Shown in pieces: positions 55,084 to 64,000 of a stretch of 64,000 nt of DNA. Each line of letters starts with the position of its first letter. Within the stretch, counting starts at the first letter, position 1. Origin of the DNA: Rebecca billardiae RCC1528 (taxonomy: Eukaryota; Protista; Haptophyta); assembly GCA_965240325.2 (NCBI GenBank), contig OZ251225.1:2852001-2916000 (forward strand), given 5' to 3'. A model generated the notes under the pieces. The model saw only the letters and a program-made list of their open reading frames with translations, did no database searches and was not told the DNA's origin. A program made the position numbers and the translations under genes.

Positions 55084-55998
55084 TGCGCGCCGCCGGCGCC
55101 GCCGGCGGCGGCGCCGCCCGCGGCGCCTCCCACGGCGCCGCACGCGCCCGCGTCCACGCGCGCGCCCGCGCCGCCGCCGCCGGCTGGCGCCGGCGGCGCG
55201 CCGGCCGAGTGGCGCGGCTTGTCGACCGACCCCCAACCTCCGCCGCCGCGGCCGAGTGGTTGCAGCGGCATCGGCGCGAGGTGGTTGTCTGAAGCGGAGC
55301 CGTCGAGGCGGATGGCGGCGCCCCACGGCCAGTGCGGCGCCGCCGCGCGCACGAGCAGCCGCCGCTCCACCGCCGGCGCGCGCGCCGCCCCCGCCGCGCT
55401 CTTGAACCGATAGATTGCGGCGGCGGCGCGCGGCGCCAAAACCTCTGGTCGCCCGAGCTCCGTGGTGCGGGCACCCTGGAGCGCCGTGCCCGCGGCGGCG
55501 CTCGCGACCTGCGCGCCGGGGAGCACGTCGCTCATCACCGCGAGGTACTCGAGCGGGTAGCTCGTCAGGTTGAGCAGCACGTACCGCGGCACGATGTCCA
55601 CCCGCCGCGACTGCCGCGCGCCCGGCAGCCCGTCAACCTTCACGCCGAGCACGGCGCAGTCCCCGAACTGAACCTCCGTCTGCGCGCCGCTCAGCTCGCA
55701 CACGCGCACGGGCTCGGAGGGGGTGGTGAGGCCCCACACGATGGCGGGGCCCGAGACGAGCACGCGCTCCAGCACGAGCTCCTCCTCGTCCGAGCCCGCG
55801 CCGCCCTCGCCGCCGTCCGCGCCGCCGCCGCCGCCGTCGCCGTCGGCCGCGCCGCCCGCGCCGCGCTCGGCCGCCGCCGCCGCCGCCTCGCCCTCCGCCC
55901 GCCGGGGCGAGCGCAGCGACGGGCGGCCGCTCGGCGTGGGCGAGGCGCTCGACGGCCGCTTCGGCGTGCCGCCCTCCGCGCCGCCCGCCCGCGCCTCC

Positions 55999-56029
<31 letters not shown>

Positions 56030-56942
56030 GGAGCGGCGACGGCGGGACGCCGGCGCGCGGCGCGCCGCCGCCGCCCGCGTCCGCGCCCGCGCCGCGCCGC
56101 GCGCCCGGCAGCCTCAGCCGGAGCCCGCCCTCAATCTGCAGCGGGAGCGTGGCGGCGGCGACGCGGAGCACGCGCAGCGTGAGTGTCTTCGCCGGCAGCG
56201 CCGACTCCGGCAGGCACGCCGGCAGCCCGCCGCCGTTCGGCGCCACCCTCGCAAGCTCGCTCGAGCCGCGCTCGCCCACGGCCGCGAGTGCGATTTGAAA
56301 ATGGCAGCTGGAAGTGACCCAGAGATCGGCGTAGAGGGAAAGGTGCTGCGGCTGCTTGGGGCGCGCCTTGAGCACCATCGAGGCGTGCAGGCCCTCGCAC
56401 AGCCGCACGGGCAGCGGCTCGCCGCGCGTGCACCGCACCGGCGCGCTGAAGTCAAGCCCCTGCCCCAGGCCCGCCGGCACTGTGCTGCCAATCGCGCCGA
56501 GTAGGCGGCGCGCGCCGCCGACGCCCGCCGGCTCGACGCCCGCTGCGCGCCCGCCGCCGCCGAGGCCGCCGGTGGCGAGCTCGGCGAGCGCGGCGAGCGA
56601 CGCCGCGTCGTGCGGTACCGAGCGCCGCCGCTCCGGCGTCTGACCCCCCGCCGAGCGCACGCCCGGCGTCGGCGGCGACTGAGGCCTCCCGTCCCGCGAC
56701 GCCGCGAGCGCGGGCGGCGGCGGCGGCAGCGCGGGCGGCGGCGGCGGCAGCAGCGCCGGCTGCGAGCGCGTGCCGGAGGTGGAGGCGGGGGCGACGATGA
56801 CGAGGGCGCCGGCGGCGTCCGCGTGCGCGACGAGCTCCGAGCCGCTCACGCCACCGCCGCCCGCCCGCTCGCCGATCGAGAGCCCGCGCGTCGAGCGGCG
56901 GCGGCGCAGACCGGCCCAGACCGGGCCGGCGCCGCCGCCGCT

Positions 56943-56975
<33 letters not shown>

Positions 56976-59900
56976 GCCCTCCGCCTCCTCGCCGCCGCGC
57001 TCGTCCTCGTCGGCGCGCGAGCTCGCGCACGCGCGGAGGAGCGAGACCGAGCCCGTCTGCGCGCGCAGCAGCGTCGGCCGCGCCTCCGCCTCCGCCTCCT
57101 CGTCGCCATCGCTCGCGCGGCGCGAGCCGTCGCGCCCCGCCGACAGCCGGCCGCCGCCGCCGCCGCCGCCGCCGCCGCCCGTCGCGCGGAGGCCGGCGGG
57201 CGCGCCCGGGGGCAGGCGGCTGGTGTCGGGGCGCAGCTGCACGCGCAGCGCGGAGCGGAGCGCGCCCACCACGCCGACGACAGACGCGCGCTCCGCGCTG
57301 CCCTCGACCGAGGCGATGAGCGCGGAGGCCGCGCCCTCCTCGCCGCCGCCGCCGCCGCCGCCCGCGCGGCCGCCCGCGCCCGGCGCGCCGCCGCCGTCGT
57401 CTGCACTCGCCTCGCCGAGCGCCGTCTCGAGCGAGTCGCGCAGCGAGCGCACGCCCTCCTTGGTGAAGTGCTCGAGCGGCAGCTCGAGCAGGTGCCGCGT
57501 CTGTTCGTACGTCAGCCCGAACCTCCGGCCGAGCGCGCGCGCCGCGTCGTCGGCGCGCGCGTGGTTGGCTAGGAGCACCATGAGGACAGTCGGCGAGCGC
57601 AGCGCGGCGAGCAGCCGCTCGGGTCGGCCGGACGCGACGGCGTTCTCCGCCCACGTGTCCGCGACCGAGCCGACGTCGACGCTCACGCCGCGCAGCATCG
57701 ACGGCGCGACGAGCGGGCGCAGCCGGAACGCGATCGGGATCGGCAGCAGGTTCTCGATAATCAGCGCGGGGCGCAGCACGAGATACATATCTCGCAGCGC
57801 GCGGTTGTTGCTCGCGACCTTGTTGCGCGCGCACAGCGTGAATCGCTCGAGCGGCGCCGCCTCGATCCAGCACACGCCGTCGTCGGCCGCCGCGGCGGCG
57901 GGGAGCGCGCGGCGCAGCAGCAGCGCCAGCGGCGCGGGCCCGTCCCACTCGCGCGCCGCGGCCGCGGCCGCGCTCGCGCCCGCCGCCGCGGCCGCGCGCA
58001 AGTCATAAGTCGAGCGCTTGTGCCGCCCGAGCCGGTCGAGCTGCGGCGTGTGCTGCGAGCCGGCGGTGTTGCCGGCGGTCGCGTCGAGCGCAGGGCGCAC
58101 GCGCACCATGGTGAAGCGGTTCGCCGCGAGGCGCAGCGGCACCGCCGCGCTCTCGCCCGGGCGCAGGGTCACCTCCCAAGCGGCGGGCGCGCCCGCGGCC
58201 GCGCCGCCGCCGCCGCCGCCGGCCGCGCCGCCGCCGCCGCCGCGCGCGCCGAGCCCGCCGCCCGAGCCCCAGCCGAGCGCGTCGGGCGCGTGCGCGGAGA
58301 GCGAGAGCTCAACGCTCGCGTCTGTCTCGTTGGCGATGCTCAGCCCCGCGCGCACCGTGAGCAGCTTCGCGTCGTAGTGCGGGCGCTCCGAAACCTCCAC
58401 CACCAGAGGCACCGGGCAGCCGCCGCCGAGCGCGTACGCGCACACTGCCGGCTCGTCGAGGCGCGCGTGCACGCGCGCGAGCTCAAACGCTCCGCCGCCG
58501 CCGCCGGCGCTGCCGCCGTGGCTCGGCTCAAGCGCGACAGAGAGCCACAGGTGGCGCGACGCCTGCAGCCAGTGCAACAGCTCTGCGCGCGAGCGCCACC
58601 GCTGCTGCGCGTCAGCACTCGCGCGCGCAGGCGGCTCGCCCGCGCCAAGCCGCCGCCAGTGCAGCGCGCCCGCCGCGGCGGCGCCGTCCGCCGCGCCGCG
58701 CGCCGCGCCGCCGGGCGCGCGCCGCGCCGCGCGCGCCTCGTCCCGCGCCCCCTCGCCGCGCTCGCGCGCGCGCGCGGCAGCCGCGCCGCCGGCGCCGCGC
58801 TCGTCGCCGCCGCCGCGCTCGCCGCCGCCGCCGCGCTCGCCACCGCCGCCGCGGCCGCGGCGCGCCTGGTGCCCTGGCGGCGCGTGCGGATGCGGCTCCG
58901 CCCAGAAAAGCGTGAGCCCGTCGCCGCCCTCGTTGGCTACCTCGTAAGACGGCACCGCGCCGTCGGCGGCCAGGTACGCGCGCGCGCCGCCGTCCGCGCC
59001 GCCGAACGGCTCCGCGCGCCACGCGCCGCGGTACTCTCGACTCACGCGCTGCAGCGTGCGCGCGAGCGCGGGCATTGCGTTCAGCGTGAGCATGCGCTCG
59101 GACTCGAGCCGCAGCGAGCGCTGCTCGCCCGACGCCTGCTTCGAGACGCGCGCGCTGCCCTCCCACGGCTCGAGCACAGGCTCGAGCTCCGCCACCGCGG
59201 CGTTGAGCGCGAGCGCGCGCGCGCCCACACGCAGCGCGCACGCAAACTCGCCGTCCAGCCCGGCCGCGGGCGGCGCCCAGCCGTGCGCGGCGCGCGGCGC
59301 GAGCTGGCGCAGCACGCAGCCGCCGTCCGCGCGCGCACACAGCACGAGCTGCGGCTTAGCGTGCACGCCGCGCAGGTGCACATTCAGCTGCGACTCTGCG
59401 AGCGAGACGCGCGCCACTGAGATCAGAGGCAGCGACAGGGCGGCGCCGCCGCCCGCGCCCGTCGGGACGCCGGCCCTCGCCGCCGCCGCGGCCGCGGCCG
59501 CAGCCGAGGGCTCCTCGAAGCCGCCGCCGCCGCCGCCGCCAACGCCGCCGCCGTCGCCGCCGCCGAGCAGCTGCGCGCCCGCGCCCAGCGTCGAGGTGGC
59601 GCGCTTCAGCCGGCTCGGCGGGCGCGCGCCGAGCGCGGCGCCGCCGCCGACGGCTCCGGGCGGCAGCGAGGCCGAGAGCAGCGCCTCGCCGCCAGCGCCA
59701 GCGCCAGCGCAGCCGGCGCCGCCGTCCGCGCACCCGCCGGCCGCCGGCGCGCGCGGCCGCGCGCGCGCGCCCTCAGCGCGCGGCGGCGCGGACACGCGCG
59801 CAGGGCGCGCGCCGCGCAGCGCCGTGTGTGCGCGCACCGCTTCCCACCCAGCGCCGCCGCGCTCGGCCGGCGCGCCGCCGGCGGGCGGCGCGGCGCGCGC

Positions 59901-60660
59901 CGACGGCAGCGTCGCCGCCAGGCCCGCCGCGCCGCCCGCCGCGCCGCAGCCCGCGCCGCCCGCGCCGCAGCCCGCGCCGCCGCCGCCGCCGGCGCGCTCG
60001 CACCACGCGCGCAGCGCTCGATGTGAGACTGTTGCGGCATGGAGCACGTCTGCTGCCGAAGCGCCGCTCACGCGCTCGAGCCTGCGCGCGCGGCCGGCCG
60101 CGCCGCGCGGCGCCGAGCCGCGCGCCGAGCCCCCCTCCTCGTCCTCCTCCTCCTCCTCGTCGTCGCCGTCGGCGGCGTGCGCGCCGCCGCCGCCGTCCGC
60201 CGCCGCGCGCGGCCGCCCGCCGCCGTCGCCCGTCGCCGCCGCGCGCAGCATCCTCGCGACAGCGTCGGAGCGGCAGTGCGCCGCGAGCTCGAGAGGCGAG
60301 ACGCCGCTCGCGTCCGGCGCGTGCGCGTCCGCGCCGTGCTCAAGCAGCCAGCGCACGATCGGCGCGCGCTCCCACAGCACGGCGAGGTGCAGCAGGGAGC
60401 GCCCACTGCTCAGCTCGCGCGCTTGGACCACGTCGAGCGCGCCCGCGTGGCGCTCGGCGGACAGCAGCTCGAGCTGCGAGTAGAGGACGGCGGCCAGGGC
60501 GCGCGGGGAGAGCTCGAGCGGCGTCGGGAGCAGCTCTGCCTCCGAGTGCCGCCGCTGCAGCACCGCGTGCGGCGCGTGCGCCACGCGCGGCGACGCGGCG
60601 GGTGACACGAGCGCGGGCTGCACGCCACTGCCGGCGGCGGCTGCGGCGGCTGCGGCGGCT

Positions 60661-60695
<35 letters not shown>

Positions 60696-62599
60696 GCCGC
60701 CCGCAGCCGCGCACGGCTCGACCGCGCCGCAGGGCGTGGCGCCCGGTTGGTAGCTCGCGCGCCGCGCGGCCGCGGCCGAGCCCGCTCGGCCCGCGCTGGC
60801 GCACAGCTGCGAGTCGGCAGAGCCGCGCCGCGCACCGGGCGTGAGCGCCGCGGCCGCGCCGCCCGCCGCGGCCGCGCCGCCCGCCGCCGCCGCGCCGCCG
60901 CCGTGCTCTGTCAACACCATCGGCGTGTGCTGGCGGGAGCCGAGGCGCGAGGAGGCGGCGCTGCTCACGCCGCTGCCGAGGGCACCCGCCGCCGCGAAGT
61001 GCGCCGCGCCCGTCGCCGACAGCGCGCGCCGCACCGCACCCGCGCCCGCGGCCGCCGCGCGGCCGGCGCGCGCGCCGGCGCCGAGCGCGCGCGCCGCGCC
61101 CGCCACCACGCGCAAATCTCGCGGCGTGAGATTCAGAACGAGCTGCGCTGCCGAGAGCTCGAGGGTGCGCCGCCCCGCCTCGGCGTCCGCGCCCTCGGAG
61201 CCGCCGAGCGCGTCCGCGGAGCGCGCCGCGCCGGCACCGCCGCCACCAGCCTTGGGTGTGGGCGGCGGGCCGGGCGCGGGCGACGGCGCGGCGCCCGCAG
61301 AGGCGCCGCGCGCGGCGTGCGGCGCGCCCCGGCCGCCGCCGCCACCCGAGCCCGAGCGCGAGCGCGAGCGCGCCGCATCGCGCTCGGCCGAGAAGCCGCC
61401 GCCGCCGCCGCCGCCGCCGCCACCGCCCACCGACGCGGAGCGAGCGGCGGCGCCGGGCTCGGACGCCCCCGTCGCGCGCCGCCCGCCTAGCCCGGGCAAG
61501 CCGCCGCCGCCGCCGCCGCCGCGCGCCGCCGCCGCCGCTGTCTCCCTCGTCGAGACGGCAAGCTCGTGAGGCAGGAGGGCGGTGTACTCGAGGCCGAGCT
61601 CGAGGGGGTCGAGGAGGTGGTGCAGCGCCGCCGCGCGCACGCGGCACGTCGCGAGCGACGCGAGCAGCGACGATGGCGGCGCGAGATCTGTCAGCGCCTC
61701 GGAGGCAACTGGCGGCGCCGACGGCGGCGGCGCCGACGGCGGCGGCGCCGACGGCGTGTCCAGCGGCTGCTGCGCCGAGCGCGCGGCCGAGCCGCCGCCT
61801 CCGGCCGCGCCGGGCGAGCGCCGGCGCGCCGGCCGCGCGGGCGCGGCGCGCGGCGAGCCGAGCGCTCGGCCGAGCGCCGACGCCGGCGCGAGCGCCGCCG
61901 CGGCGCGCGTGAGCACAGCCGCCGCGCCGGACAGTGCGGCGGCGGCGCGCTCGCTCGGAGTGGCCGCGGCGCGCGCGGCGGCCGCCGCCACATCCGCCGC
62001 CCAGTGCACGGAGGCGGCGCGCTGCTCCGCCGAGGCGCTGCGCGCGCGGCCCTCCTTCGGCGCCAACTCCACAGAGCGCGCGCCGCCGCCGCCGCCGCCA
62101 CCCCCGCCGCGCCCGTGCCGGCCCGCGGCAGCCGCGCCGCGCGCCGCCGCGCGCTCGACGGCGGAGAGCATGAGTGCAACCTTTGCCTGGCATTCAGCTG
62201 TCTCCAGTCCCGGCGCGGAGCGGAGGGCGAGGCGGCCGCACGCCCACGCGCACAGCGCGAGCGGGCCCGCCTCGTGCGGCAGGAACACATGCAGCCCCTC
62301 CCACTCCGCCACGATCTCGAGCCGCTGCGACCCAAACAGTAGCACAGGGCCGCCGGCGCGCGACGGCGGCGCGGGCGGCGCCGAGGGCGGCGGCGCGGCC
62401 GGCGGCGCGTGCGGCCGCGAAGCGGCGGAGGCGGGGACGCCGAGGGCGGGGGCGTCGGTGCGTGGCTGCGCGGGACTGCCGCCCACGTGCACGCCGCCGC
62501 CGCCGCCGCCCGCCCCCGCCGCCTCCTCCTCCTCCTCCTCGCTGCCCACAAACCCCACCTCCGCCTCCGCCTCCGCCGCCGCCGCCGCCGCCGCCGCCT

Positions 62600-62630
<31 letters not shown>

Positions 62631-64000
62631 CAGCAAATCGCCCGGCCGCGGCGCGCGGGCGCCGGAGCGGAGGAGCGAGGCGGGCGCGGTGCCCGCGCGG
62701 CCGAGCGTCGCGGCGAGCGAGCGCGCCGCCGCCGACGGCGTCGGCGTCGGCGGCGGCGCGTCGGGGCCGCGACGCTCGGCGGAAGCGGGCGGCGGCGGCG
62801 CGCGGCCGCGGCCGCGCCACCGCAGCGGCCGCCAGCCGCCACCGGACTGCATACGCGCCGCCGCGCGCGCGCCCGCCGGCGCGGCGGCGTTGGCGCGCGG
62901 CGGTCGGCGCGGCGGCGGCGGCGCGAGCGCGCGCTCCGCCGCCGCCACCGCCTCCGCCGTGCACGCCCGCCCCGCGCCGCACCCGCCCTCCTCCGCCTCC
63001 GCCTCCGCCGGCGGCAGCGCACTCCCCGCGTGGAAATCGAACGCTCGTGCGCACGGCGCCACGGCGTCAAGCCACGCCGCCGCTTCAAGAAGCGGCGCTG
63101 GGGAGGCGAAGAGGGCGAGGTGGCGCACGCCGAGGTGGAGGGCACGTCCGCCGTGCACGCGCCGCTGCAGCGAGAACTCCACCATCGGCGGCGGCCCCTC
63201 GGCGTCGACGCCGCTCCCGCCGGCCGCGCGCGCGGCGGCGGCGCCGTTCGCGCCGCCGCCTGCGCCGCCGCCCGCGCCGCCGTCGGCGGCCGCGCCGCCC
63301 GCGGCGCCGCTTGGACGAGGCACGTCGTCGTCGTCGTCGTCGTCCTCGCCCTCGCCCTCCTCGCCGGCGCTGCCGTCCCGCCCGGCGACGGGCGCGTGCG
63401 TGCGCCCGACCAGCTCGACGCACGAGATGGCGGCGGCGGCGGCGGCGGCCGCCGCGTTCGCCGCGGCCGCCGCCGCTCGGCGCGAGGATGGGCGGGAGGC
63501 TCGGGCGGAGGGCTCGCGCGGCGGCGGCGTGGCGGCGGCGGCGGCGGCTGCGGACGCGTGCGCCTCGCGCGCGTTCGCCGGCGCGCTGCCCGCCGCCGCG
63601 CGGACGCTGCCCACGCGCACGCTCAGCGCCATCGTCGGCGCCTCAGCCGCCGCGCCCGCCGCCAACTCGGCGTGAGCCGCCGCCGCGTCGACGCCGTCGC
63701 TGCCTGCTGCGGCCGCCTCGGCCGCCAGGGCGGCGGCGCGGCGCGCGGCGACGGCGGGTGCGGCGTAGGGCGAGCGCGCGCCGATCTCAAGCACGAGCTC
63801 GTGCGCGACGTGCTCCGCCTCCACCACGGCGCACAGCCGCTGCGGCCGCGGCGGCTGCGCCGGCGGCGCCGGCGGGCGGCCGCGCGGCGGCGTGCTCGGC
63901 GGCCCTCGCGCGCCGCCCGCGCCGCCCGCGCCGCCCGCGCCGCCCGCGCCGCCCGCGCCGCCCGCGCCGCCCGCGCCGCCGCCGTTGGCCGCGCTCGTCT
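47628..64000 (-). CDS. VPS13: Giant VPS13-family lipid-transfer protein, 5'-truncated by the window, with Ala/Gly-rich loops and ankyrin, IQ and C2 modules. Introns at 52245-52096, 51899-51578, 51477-51350
   Basis: LEPVLEPW; VAB/SHR-BD repeats with conserved Asn (LSIANET, PALIIENLLP, PRYVLLNLT, PPFVVVNRS); PRELLAL and VEHLQLQD; ATG2_C-like VLGYSDMLGDPLGL and PYRG...F..G...GVTG|LVLSP. Ankyrin GRSLLHLAV...LLEHGAD...GVSPL at ~60245-60410; C2 domain with SDPF...WNEAF...VWDDD at ~48470-48780; IQ-like AAATIQAHRRRLLVAR. Confidence 0.85.
49561..49632. repeat. (GCGTGG)12 microsatellite encoding a His-Ala dipeptide repeat in VPS13
   Basis: Twelve perfect hexamers next to (GCGTCG)n Asp-Ala repeats. Confidence 0.95.
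51578..51899 (-). other. 322-nt intron containing a degenerate (CTGC/CCTGCCG)n microsatellite
   Basis: GTAAGC donor and CTCAG acceptor; followed by a 100-nt exon and a 128-nt intron, which together restore the frame. Confidence 0.8.
63911..63980. repeat. 9-bp tandem repeat (GCCGCCCGC)n, a Gly/Ala array in the VPS13 frame
   Basis: About seven perfect units. Confidence 0.85.

Noticed and set aside
47628-63827. The 5399-aa ORF taken as the literal protein
   Set aside because: It reads through three introns and one exon in the wrong frame, and the gene starts beyond the window.

Overview
This is eukaryotic, very GC-rich nuclear DNA. The light-harvesting (LHC) antenna genes, axonemal genes, short (GC)n-rich introns and GC-AG donors point to a flagellated alga with a red-lineage plastid, most like a haptophyte (e.g. 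Pavlovales); this is inference. Gene order: 3' part of an inner-arm dynein heavy chain (DNAH6-like, +); sulfotransferase-like gene (-); DNA polymerase theta (-); ODA-docking-complex-like coiled-coil protein (-); PALB2-like WD40 protein ending in a BRC repeat (-), head-to-head with WDR1/AIP1 (+); an intact geminivirus-type Rep HUH endonuclease fused in frame to a duplicated copy of the next gene's tail (-); that gene, an SMCHD1-like GHKL ATPase with no SMC hinge (-); a TIR/HET-like + TPR protein (-); three tandem LHC genes (-); a lower-GC accessory zone (retroelement remnant, strand-asymmetric hairpin, degenerate ORF); and the 3' ~16 kb of a giant VPS13-family gene with ankyrin, gyrase-A-like, IQ and C2 inserts (-). 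The best candidates for new biology are (1) the viral Rep / hinge-less SMCHD1 pair sharing one C-terminal module and (2) the PALB2-BRC fusion. All homologies were recognised by eye from remembered motifs and need HMM or structure confirmation. No rRNA, tRNA or CRISPR array was seen.
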